From positions 1,896,696 to 1,960,695 of the forward strand of contig OZ244918.1 of the NCBI GenBank assembly GCA_965221865.1: a DNA stretch of 64,000 nucleotides, read 5' to 3'. How positions within the stretch are numbered: the first letter of the stretch is position 1; each line of letters opens with the position of its first letter. A model generated the notes under the pieces. The model was given only the letters and a program-made list of their open reading frames with translations, did not search any database and was not told the DNA's origin. Positions 30,325-38,501 of this stretch are shown here, piece after piece. Made by a program: the position numbers and the translations under genes. The DNA comes from Candidatus Poriferisocius sp. (GTDB taxonomy: Bacteria > Actinomycetota > Acidimicrobiia > Acidimicrobiales > Bin134).

Positions 30325-31532
30325 TGTTGAGGACTCATCGGATTGCTTTAGTGCCGAATCGTGAGCAGGAGCGGTTGTTGAGGGAGCATGTGGGTTACGC
30401 GCGTTTTGCTTGGAATTGGGGTTTAGCGCGGTTTGAGGCACGTGATAAGGATGCGGGGGAATGGTTGAACGGGTTCGTGTTGCGTCCTGAGTTCAACCAA
30501 ACGAAAGGTGAGATAGCGGCCTGGGGAACCGTTTTGAGTCAGAACGCTTCCAAGAACGCGTTATTGGATTTGCATAAAGCTATTGAGTTGTGGGGTTCGT
30601 ATCGGAAAGCTTTGAAAGCAGGCAAGAAACCGAGGTTTGTGGGTCATCCCCAGTTCAGATCGAAACACGATGTTACGCAGTCTTATCAAGCCGATAACGG
30701 TCCGGGGACTGTCAAGATCGAGGGTCGGCGGATCATGTTGCCGAAGGTTGGGGCTATCAAAATGCGTGAAGCTTTACGTTTTGAGGGCTCTGTGAGGAAA
30801 GTGGTAGTCAAACACGACGGCCACCGCTGGTTCGCGTGCGTGATCGTGGAAACAGCAGCTCCTGAACCGGTACCCCCACAAGTGGATGCTGCGGGGGTGG
30901 ATGTAGGGATCACCCATTTAGCGGTGGTGGCTTACTCAGACAACCAGACTGAGTGGATCGAGAACCCGAAACATTTGCAGCATGCTTTGCGAGAACTCAG
31001 AAAAACAGATAAAGCCATCGCGCGTTCTAAGAAAGTGCATGGCAAAAACAAGTCATCCAACAGACGTAACCGGCTTTACGAGAAACGCCGTCGTCTGCAT
31101 CGGCAGATTGCTAACAAACGTGGCGACCATCAACACAAAACCACTACGTCGATAGCCAAGCGTGCTGGTTCTGTGGGAGTGGAAACATTAAACGTTGAAG
31201 GCATGAAACGAAACAGACGACTAGCAAGAGCGATCTCAGACGCTGGCATGTCAGGTTGGTTGACCACGCTTGAACATAAAGCCCAATGGCATCAAAGAGA
31301 GTTCAAGCGCGCAGACTGTTGGCTGCCGTCATCAAAAACGTGCAGCGCCTGCGGACACAAAAAAGCGGTATTACAACTGTCGGAACGCACCTACAGATGC
31401 CACAGTTGTGGTCACACCATAGATCGTGACCTGAACGCTGCAAGAAATCTACTGGCTGAGGTGCAGCCAAAACGTGGAGACGATATAAGTCCTGTCCGTG
31501 GCAACGGTCAGGCAACCGTCAACGAAGCGTGA
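30321..31532 (+). CDS. tnpB: TnpB (RuvC-like RNA-guided nuclease family, OrfB_Zn_ribbon)
   Basis: RuvC I GVDVGITHLAV, RuvC II VGVETLNVEGM, zinc ribbon CSACGH..CHSCGH, RuvC III DRDLNAARNL. Confidence 0.85.
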   Translation: MMLRTHRIALVPNREQERLLREHVGYARFAWNWGLARFEARDKDAGEWLNGFVLRPEFNQTKGEIAAWGTVLSQNASKNALLDLHKAIELWGSYRKALKAGKKPRFVGHPQFRSKHDVTQSYQADNGPGTVKIEGRRIMLPKVGAIKMREALRFEGSVRKVVVKHDGHRWFACVIVETAAPEPVPPQVDAAGVDVGITHLAVVAYSDNQTEWIENPKHLQHALRELRKTDKAIARSKKVHGKNKSSNRRNRLYEKRRRLHRQIANKRGDHQHKTTTSIAKRAGSVGVETLNVEGMKRNRRLARAISDAGMSGWLTTLEHKAQWHQREFKRADCWLPSSKTCSACGHKKAVLQLSERTYRCHSCGHTIDRDLNAARNLLAEVQPKRGDDISPVRGNGQATVNEA

Positions 31533-31612
31533 ACTAGAATCATGCAAAGACAGATCAACACAGATCACAACACCTTAGCACAGATTCTAGACACCGGAAC
31601 GGAGATGACAGC

Positions 31613-32812
31613 ATGGCTGATATGGGAGTGCAGAGCAACGGTACAACAGTGTACGCGTCTCGTAGGTACACCGTTGCTAGCGTGGCAGAAGCCAAGCGAA
31701 TAGCTAGTGGTTATTTGCTTGATTGTGAGTTAGGGTTTGCTTTCAGCTTCGGGCTACCAGAAGTTGATGATAGATACCATATCTGGCGTGTTCCAGTGAC
31801 TACAGAGGCTGGAGAGTTTGCTATCGGTGAGATTGCTATAGATGCGCGGACAAGTCTTGTGCAAGAAAACCGATCTACGGAGCCTGAGGTCATGCGCTCA
31901 CGCTATTTAGTGGGTGCTGGAAAACCGATAGCACGAAAGAAGCGCTGCAATTCGACAATTGTACGTTCTGAGCTTCGCAATACAATCATACAGGGTGACT
32001 CTGAGTTTACGTTGGCAGAATTACCAGCAGGGTCGGTTGATCTTGTGTTTACCAGTCCGCCATACTTCAACGCCCGTCCCGACTATTCTGAATATGATGA
32101 GTATGAGGATTATCTGACGAAAATGGGGCGAGTTATATCTCAGTGCGCGCGCTTACTTGCTGAAGGACGGTTTTTTGTTATCAATATTTCGCCTGTATTG
32201 TTGCGAAGAGCTAGTCGTAGTCAAGCATCGCGCAGGATAGCCGTTCCTTTTGACTTGCACGCGGTCATCGTCAAAGAGGGTTTTGACTTTATAGACGACA
32301 TTATTTGGGAAAAACCAGAGGGTGCGGGTTGGGCTACTGGACGGGGGAGACGGTTCGCAGCGGATCGTAACCCGCTTCAATATAAGACTGTACCGGTGTC
32401 GGAGTATGTACTTGTTTACCGGAAGCAGACAGACAAGTTGATCGATTGGAACATACGTAAGCATCACGATCAGGATGCAGTGCGAGAATCTCGTATATTT
32501 GGAGACTATGAGCGGACCAATATATGGCGGATACCACCTGCAGCCACAAAAGATCATCCTGCGGTTTTTCCTGTAGAATTGGCTGAGCGGGTAGTCCGTT
32601 ATTACTCGTTTGTGGGCGATGTTGTCTTAGATCCATTTGCTGGTATCGGTACAGTGGCTAAGGCGTGTATAAGCAATAATCGCAGATTCGTGATGGCTGA
32701 GGTGTCAGAGGAATACGTAGCCACTATGAAGCGGAGACTGGGGAAGTGGGGAGTTGATGCAGACATTCACTGTATGAATACTGATCCTCTAGAAAACAGC
32801 AAGCTCTTTTAA
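31613..32812 (+). CDS. DNA methyltransferase (N6-A/N4-C, beta class) with about 120-aa N-terminal extension
   Basis: Motif IV DLVFTSPPYF precedes motif I VLDPFAGIGTV. The N-terminal about 120 aa have no recognisable family. Confidence 0.8.
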   Translation: MADMGVQSNGTTVYASRRYTVASVAEAKRIASGYLLDCELGFAFSFGLPEVDDRYHIWRVPVTTEAGEFAIGEIAIDARTSLVQENRSTEPEVMRSRYLVGAGKPIARKKRCNSTIVRSELRNTIIQGDSEFTLAELPAGSVDLVFTSPPYFNARPDYSEYDEYEDYLTKMGRVISQCARLLAEGRFFVINISPVLLRRASRSQASRRIAVPFDLHAVIVKEGFDFIDDIIWEKPEGAGWATGRGRRFAADRNPLQYKTVPVSEYVLVYRKQTDKLIDWNIRKHHDQDAVRESRIFGDYERTNIWRIPPAATKDHPAVFPVELAERVVRYYSFVGDVVLDPFAGIGTVAKACISNNRRFVMAEVSEEYVATMKRRLGKWGVDADIHCMNTDPLENSKLF

Positions 32813-32821
32813 TATTTTAGT

Positions 32822-33886
32822 ATGGAAGTAGAGGACCATTTTCCTGAATCAGCTAAACATCTTCTGTCTGTTAACGGGAAGGCATTGACCAGAAAGTTAG
32901 GTATATCAGCTATTGAGAATGTGGTCAGTGATGTATTGTTGGGTGTAAATATCAGAAATGCAACAGAGAGCCTGACAAAGCGTAGAGTGGGCTTGTTGAA
33001 TGGCGCGTTACTAGAAATGTACGTAAGTCTTCACAAAAGCGGTATTGATCCACTAGAAATTCCTGATTTAGTGCGCGACAGACTTCTGAGTGTCCAAGAT
33101 CAAGACACACGAAGGGTCTTGCAGTGGATAGTGGGTATGACACAGAAGCAATTTCAAAACGTCTTACGATCCGACGAATTGGAGTGGCCGTCTTATATCA
33201 GTTCGCTTCAAGATAATATAGCGGATACTGCTACAGAAGCTGAGCAGATGTATGGGCAAATGCCACTGCAAGTGAATTGCGGTCAGCCTTCCTGGAAGTG
33301 GGCGCTTTCTATGATGATGGCGGCGGGATCGCAGACTTTAGCTGTACGGGGGTCTGAGAAGTCCCTTTATGGAAAGTTGTTTGAGAAGATGGTACTGACT
33401 GCTGTTTTGTCAATACTCGGTTTTTCATATACAGAGCGAGGAGACATTCGAGAGAGCTCGTTCTGGTTGGCGGACAGAGAGGAGAAGCGTGAGAGTGATG
33501 CTACAGCTATTTGGAAATTAGGGCAGGGAGTCCGTTTTGATATTGGTTTCATTGGTACGGGCAACTCGGAGATCACGCTTGACAAGGTGTCAAGATTTGA
33601 GCGTACTATGGAGATGAGTGGGGTTAGTCATTATTTGCGAACGTTCATAATTGTTGATCGCATTGGTAAGGGTAGTCGAGTCCCTGATCTAGCTGCAAGG
33701 ATTGACGGTACCATCATTCAGATGAGTGCTAATGACTGGGCGTTGACATTGGGCAATGAGTTGGAATCATCGCTAGATGGCTACTTGTCGCCGCTGCGGG
33801 GCATGTCTCATGCTAAATATGAAGATGCTGTGCGTGCTGGTGTTCGCAAAGCGCCGTTGGAAAAAGTGTTACGACACCGCTTCTAG
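32822..33886 (+). CDS. hypothetical protein; candidate restriction endonuclease partner of the methyltransferase
   Basis: 354 aa, 9 nt after the methyltransferase stop, in lower-GC sequence. No family motif recognised, so the call rests on context only. Confidence 0.3.
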   Translation: MEVEDHFPESAKHLLSVNGKALTRKLGISAIENVVSDVLLGVNIRNATESLTKRRVGLLNGALLEMYVSLHKSGIDPLEIPDLVRDRLLSVQDQDTRRVLQWIVGMTQKQFQNVLRSDELEWPSYISSLQDNIADTATEAEQMYGQMPLQVNCGQPSWKWALSMMMAAGSQTLAVRGSEKSLYGKLFEKMVLTAVLSILGFSYTERGDIRESSFWLADREEKRESDATAIWKLGQGVRFDIGFIGTGNSEITLDKVSRFERTMEMSGVSHYLRTFIIVDRIGKGSRVPDLAARIDGTIIQMSANDWALTLGNELESSLDGYLSPLRGMSHAKYEDAVRAGVRKAPLEKVLRHRF

Positions 33887-34040
33887 ACAACGCAGAGAAT
33901 GATGCTGGTGGCGGGAGCGTAGAATGGCCGAAGTGGGAGAGTGTCATTATTACCTGTTTGATATTTGGTTGCGGGGTGGAACTTACCGTGCTGCGCGGCC
34001 TAGTGTGATAGCTTCATAGCGGAGTTAGGGGTATCTATTA

Positions 34041-34235
34041 ATGCCAAAGCCAGAACCAAGGGAGCGACTCATGACGGTGGCGGAGGTTGCCACTGTGATG
34101 CGGGTTTCTACAATGACTGTTTATCGGTTGATCAAAGCGCAAGAGTTGCCTGCAGTCAGGATTGGTAAGTCTTACCGCATCCGCGAAGGCGATGTAGACG
34201 GTTATCTGGCTAGCAGATACACACAAGCAGGCTGA
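34041..34235 (+). CDS. small excisionase/MerR-type HTH DNA-binding protein
   Basis: MTVAEVATVMRVSTMTVYRLIKAQELPAVRIGKSYRIREGDVDGYL is an HTH_17-type motif. The start may be the internal ATG at 34071. Confidence 0.7.
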   Translation: MPKPEPRERLMTVAEVATVMRVSTMTVYRLIKAQELPAVRIGKSYRIREGDVDGYLASRYTQAG

Positions 34236-34236
34236 T

Positions 34237-35127
34237 CTGCGTTACGACACCATCTCGTTTTTATCCGACTACGGGATAGCTGATGAGTTTGTAGGGGTTG
34301 TTAAGTCGGTAATTCGTTCGATAGCGCCTCAGGTGCAAGTAATCGATATTACCCATGAGATATCTCCTCAAGATGTACGAGCTGGGGGTTTAGCTTTGGC
34401 ACGTAGCGCTCAATACTTAGCCCCAGGTGTTGTGCTAGGGGTTGTCGACCCAACGGTAGGCGGCACAAGGCGTGCGATTGCAGTAGAAGTAGGAAGCGGT
34501 AGTTCTGTTTTGGTCGGCCCTGATAATGGCTTGTTAGCACCAGCGGTGGCCATGGTTGGGGGAGCAGACCGGGCTGTAGAGTTAACTGCTGAGCGTTACC
34601 ATCTAGAGGCACCGGGCCCTACCTTTGCGGGCAGAGATGTTTTTGCCCCAGTGGCCGCAAATCTTTGTTTAGGAGTAGACCTAACCGAGGTAGGCACACT
34701 TATTGATGTGGCCAGCTTGACTCCAGCAATGGTGCCGGTGAGTCGTATAGAAGGTACAAAAATTCAAGCTGAGGTTTTATGGATTGATAGATACGGCAAC
34801 GTGCAACTTAATCTAGGCCCAGACGACATAACATCACTAGGTGACACCATTCGCTTGACTATAGGTGGCATCGGCCACAACGCTCGCAAAACTTTTACCT
34901 ACAGCGATATGCAGGGCGAAGAAATCGGTGTTTTGCTAGACTCATACGGGTTAGTAGCATTAAGCGTAAATCGTGGTTCAGCGGCTTTAGCGTTGAGTTG
35001 CTTGGAGGGAGACGCGGTGACATTAGAGACAGTGGCATTAGAAACCGGAGCTACACGTGATAGCAGCGCCAAATTAAGTGCAACGCAGGTACCGGTGCAG
35101 CTGCAATCCACAAGAATGGGCTCATAA
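34237..35127 (+). CDS. SAM hydrolase / SAM-dependent chlorinase-fluorinase family (DUF62) protein
   Basis: ..SFLSDYGIADEFVGVVKSVI..VIDITHEISPQDV..VVDPTVGGTRRAIAV..GPDNGLL.. Homology clearly extends upstream of the track start (GTG 34333). No ATG/GTG/TTG is available there, so the start is uncertain (CTG 34237?). Confidence 0.7.
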   Translation: MRYDTISFLSDYGIADEFVGVVKSVIRSIAPQVQVIDITHEISPQDVRAGGLALARSAQYLAPGVVLGVVDPTVGGTRRAIAVEVGSGSSVLVGPDNGLLAPAVAMVGGADRAVELTAERYHLEAPGPTFAGRDVFAPVAANLCLGVDLTEVGTLIDVASLTPAMVPVSRIEGTKIQAEVLWIDRYGNVQLNLGPDDITSLGDTIRLTIGGIGHNARKTFTYSDMQGEEIGVLLDSYGLVALSVNRGSAALALSCLEGDAVTLETVALETGATRDSSAKLSATQVPVQLQSTRMGS

Positions 35128-35355
35128 TAATGCGACCGGGTACCACTATTGCTGTTGCAGTGTTGCTTTTGGCTATTTTGTTGGCCGCCGCATTACAACT
35201 CTTCGTGTTAGCGCGCTAGCAGGCGTAAGCCGCTGGTGTGTTTGGTATGTTTTTGAGAATATGGTTTGGCAACAAGCTATAAATTCGGAGAAGCTAGAGA
35301 TGGTCCATTGGGGTGCAAACCCACAAGGTCAGCAGATTCATCAACAAGTGAGTTG

Positions 35356-36639
35356 ATGAGCGTTATTGCAAGAAACTTAGGTAAAGCTGTGGCTGTACTC
35401 GCGATAGGTCTCAATCACCGAACTGCACCGCTAGATCTTTTAGGGGAAATGAAGGTTGGTGACGAAGATCTGCCTAAAGCCTTGTTCAACCTGATCAACC
35501 GTGAACACTTATCTGAAGCAGTGGTTTTGTCTACCTGCCACCGAATTGAAGTGTACGCTTTTGCTGAGACCTTTCATGGTGCGTATCAAAACGTTCGGGA
35601 TTTTTTATCGGAGACAGCCCAACGTGCTCCTGAGCATTTTAGCGATTCTCTTTACACCCATTATGAGGCAGATGCTGTTGCACATCTGTTTGCGGTGGCA
35701 TGTGGTTTGGATTCAGCAGTTCTAGGCGAGCACGAAGTGCAGGGCCAAGTACGAAATGCTTGGGAAACGGCTCGCATTGAGGGAACCTGTGGTACTACCT
35801 TGAACAGCCTGTTTCGTCACGCCATTCAGGTAGGCAAAAGAGCCCGGTCTGAAACAGCTATATCCTGTCATATAACCTCCATTTCACAGGCTGCAGTAGC
35901 CTTAGCCGATAAACGTTTAGCTGGATTAGATGGTCGTCGTTTGATGGTGCTGGGAACTGGCGATATGGGGGAAGGCATGGTTCACAGCCTGGCAAAGAGC
36001 AGTGCGGCTGATGTGGTGGTGGCAAACCGCAGTGTGGGGCCGGCACGAGATTTAGCTGAGCGTGTAGGTGGGCGCTGGGTAAGTCTAGCGGAGATGGCGA
36101 GTGAGTTGGCTTGCGTAGATGTGCTTTTAACTTCTACAGGTGCTTCATCTTTGATTTTGGAGCACTGTGATGTAGCTAAGGTGATGGCTGCTCGAGCTAA
36201 TCGGCCTTTGCTGATTGTGGACGTGGCGGTACCTCGAGATGTGCATCCGTCTGCAGCGCAGCTAGAGGGGGTGACGCTTTTAGATATGGACGATTTGCGA
36301 GCATTTGTTGATGGAGGGGTGCGGGAGCGTCAAGCTGAGGTAGCGCGGGTGCGAGAAATCATTAGCGAGGAAACCGATCGCTATGTGGGTTACAGCACCG
36401 CGCGGCAAGCAGCGCCGCTCATTGCTGCACTCAGGGCTCGTGCGGAGATTATGCAACGCGAAGAGCTAGCACGTCACTCTACAGGGCTCTCAGAAGCCGA
36501 AAGACAAGCAGCAGAGGCAACAACTCGAGGGGTAATAGCTAAGTTGTTGCATGAGCCAACAGTGCGACTGAAGCAAGCGGCAGGCTCGCCGCGGGGCGAC
36601 CGTTTGGCCGAAGCGCTTCGGGACTTGTTCGACCTTTAG
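35356..36639 (+). CDS. hemA: glutamyl-tRNA reductase
   Basis: ..GLNHRTAPLDLL..VLSTCHRIEVY.. (catalytic Cys), and ..VLGTGDMGE.. NADPH site. Start set to ATG 35356. Confidence 0.9.
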   Translation: MSVIARNLGKAVAVLAIGLNHRTAPLDLLGEMKVGDEDLPKALFNLINREHLSEAVVLSTCHRIEVYAFAETFHGAYQNVRDFLSETAQRAPEHFSDSLYTHYEADAVAHLFAVACGLDSAVLGEHEVQGQVRNAWETARIEGTCGTTLNSLFRHAIQVGKRARSETAISCHITSISQAAVALADKRLAGLDGRRLMVLGTGDMGEGMVHSLAKSSAADVVVANRSVGPARDLAERVGGRWVSLAEMASELACVDVLLTSTGASSLILEHCDVAKVMAARANRPLLIVDVAVPRDVHPSAAQLEGVTLLDMDDLRAFVDGGVRERQAEVARVREIISEETDRYVGYSTARQAAPLIAALRARAEIMQREELARHSTGLSEAERQAAEATTRGVIAKLLHEPTVRLKQAAGSPRGDRLAEALRDLFDL

Positions 36640-36649
36640 GGGCGATGGC

Positions 36650-37594
36650 GTGTTGCGCGCCGCCACTAGGGGCAGTGCTTTAGCTTTGTGGCAGACCAAC
36701 CATGTAGCTGAGTTGTTAGCTGCCGCTGTTGCAAATACTACCGATGCTGAGGCTGTGCATCTAGAGCCTGTAGTGGTTTCCACAGTAGGAGATAGACAAA
36801 GCGAGGTGCCGATCTCAACTATTGGCGGCAAGGGTGTCTTTGTTAAAGAAGTACAGGCCGCAGTGCTAGATGGTCGTGCTGATATAGCTGTTCATTCGGC
36901 TAAGGATCTGCCAGCGGCAACCCCTGAGGGGCTGGTAATCGCAGCGGTGCCTAAACGAGCTGACCCTAGAGATGTTTTAGTAGGCTGTGAGCTGTCTAAC
37001 TTGGCGAAAGGCGCGGTGGTTGCAACAGGTTCTGCCCGGCGTAGGGTGCAACTTCAGGCATTACGCGGCGATCTTAACTTTGTAGAACTGCGTGGCAATA
37101 TCGGCACTCGTCTAGCTAAGGCAACTGATTATGGTGCTGTTGTCATGGCGAAAGCAGCTTTAGATCGTTTAGGAGAGATACCAGCGGTAGCTGAAGTGCT
37201 AAGCCCAGAGGTTATGGTTCCTCAAGTAGGCCAAGGTGCTTTGGCGGTGGAATGTCGGGCAGACGATGAGCAAACTAAAGAGTTGTTAGCTGCTATCCAA
37301 GACCCGGTGTCTCGGATCCAAGTAGATGCTGAGCGAGCTTTTTTAGCCACCTTAGGAGGTGATTGCACCTTTCCTGCGGGTGCCTATGCTCAATTACAGG
37401 GTTTAGATGTTGAATCTTCAGATGATCCTCTAGATCTAAATCAGCTTCAAGCAAGCAGCATCAGGTGGGAAATGCGCGCAGTACTAGCCGATGGAGTACA
37501 GGGTCAGTGCCATCTGCTGGCAGAACAATGTGTAGGTGATGTAACCGCACTCGGTCAACGTTTGGCAGGGCGGTTGTTGCAGGCGGTGGCTTGA
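36650..37594 (+). CDS. hemC: hydroxymethylbilane synthase (porphobilinogen deaminase)
   Basis: ..RAATRGSALALWQTNHV.., ..HSAKDLP.., ..LRGNIGTRL.., ..GGDCTFPAGAYA.. (cofactor Cys). Confidence 0.9.
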   Translation: MLRAATRGSALALWQTNHVAELLAAAVANTTDAEAVHLEPVVVSTVGDRQSEVPISTIGGKGVFVKEVQAAVLDGRADIAVHSAKDLPAATPEGLVIAAVPKRADPRDVLVGCELSNLAKGAVVATGSARRRVQLQALRGDLNFVELRGNIGTRLAKATDYGAVVMAKAALDRLGEIPAVAEVLSPEVMVPQVGQGALAVECRADDEQTKELLAAIQDPVSRIQVDAERAFLATLGGDCTFPAGAYAQLQGLDVESSDDPLDLNQLQASSIRWEMRAVLADGVQGQCHLLAEQCVGDVTALGQRLAGRLLQAVA

Positions 37595-38358
37595 TGATTG
37601 CCAACGTTGCGCGCTACCCGTTATTAGGCCGCCGCATAGTGGTGACTAGAGCTCAGCCTGAAGCCCGTGTTATGGCAGTCGCATTACAGGCTCGGGGTGC
37701 TGAGGCGGTGGAGTTGCCATGCATTGCTTTTGCGCCTCCATTAGACCCAGAATCGTTAGCAGCAGCAGTCGCAGAGGTGAGTCGCTATAGCTGGGTGGTA
37801 TTTACCTCGCCTCGGGGGGTTGAATGGTTTTTTGATTGCCTCCAAGATGTTCGCCGTTTGGATGAAGTCAAGGTGGCTGCCATTGGGCCTATGACAGCAA
37901 AAGCTTTAGCTAAGCGACAAGTAGTGATCGATTTAGTACCAGAAGAGTTTGTGGCTGAGTCGCTTTTAGAAGCTCTAACCGCAACAGTTAGCGTTGGTCA
38001 ACTACCTGGGCGGGTGCTGATACCACGGGCTGCGAAAGCTAGAGATGTGTTGCCAGATGGATTAGTGGCTGCTGGTTGGGAAGTAGATGTGGTGAGCGCA
38101 TATCGCACAGTGTTACCAGCGCGATGTGCAGATGCGGTAGCGCTGTTGGCAGACGCTGCAGCAGTTACATTCACCTCTTCTTCTACTGTGAACAATTTTT
38201 TAGAACTTTATGGAACTGAAGCCATGCCAGAGGTAGTGGCTGCTATTGGCCCTGTAACCGCAGCTGTTTTGCAAGATCGTGGTATCAGCGTAAACGTGGA
38301 AGCCACTACCCACACTGTAGAAGGTTTAATTGCAGCTATTGAGGATTTCTTCGCCTGA
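37591..38358 (+). CDS. hemD: uroporphyrinogen-III synthase
   Basis: 255 aa, HemD-like repeats (..IVVTRAQPEA.., ..VVFTSPRGV.., ..VTFTSSSTV..). Overlaps the hemC stop (ATGA). Confidence 0.75.
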   Translation: MMIANVARYPLLGRRIVVTRAQPEARVMAVALQARGAEAVELPCIAFAPPLDPESLAAAVAEVSRYSWVVFTSPRGVEWFFDCLQDVRRLDEVKVAAIGPMTAKALAKRQVVIDLVPEEFVAESLLEALTATVSVGQLPGRVLIPRAAKARDVLPDGLVAAGWEVDVVSAYRTVLPARCADAVALLADAAAVTFTSSSTVNNFLELYGTEAMPEVVAAIGPVTAAVLQDRGISVNVEATTHTVEGLIAAIEDFFA

Positions 38359-38367
38359 CTCAAACAC

Positions 38368-38501
38368 TATTCATGCTCTATTCGTGTTTTATTAAAGGGG
38401 GGGTCAAATAGATACGAGCAGCGCTGTGAACTGGGCTTTTGCATTAACTGTTGCGCTTAGCTGCTCTATTCATGTTCTATTCGTGTTTCATTAGGGGGGG
38501 T
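38368..38501 (+). repeat. left copy of a 134-bp direct repeat flanking the AlbA_2/HATPase_c_4 gene
   Basis: TATTCATGCTCTATTCGTGTTTTATTAAAGGGGGGGTCAAATAGATACGAGCAGCGCTGTGAACTGGGCTTTTGCATTAACTGTTGCGCTTAGCTGCTCTATTCATGTTCTATTCGTGTTTCATTAGGGGGGGT. It contains two about 33-bp subrepeats (TCATGyTCTATTCGTGTTTyATTArrGGGGGG). Confidence 0.9.

Larger units (their letters stand above)
29640..31600 (+). mobile_element. IS607-family insertion sequence (serine recombinase + TnpB); ends approximate
   Basis: Overlapping gene pair 29695..30324 / 30321..31532. An 8-bp inverted repeat CTAGAATC (31534-31541) / GATTCTAG (31583-31590) lies just after tnpB. Confidence 0.7.
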
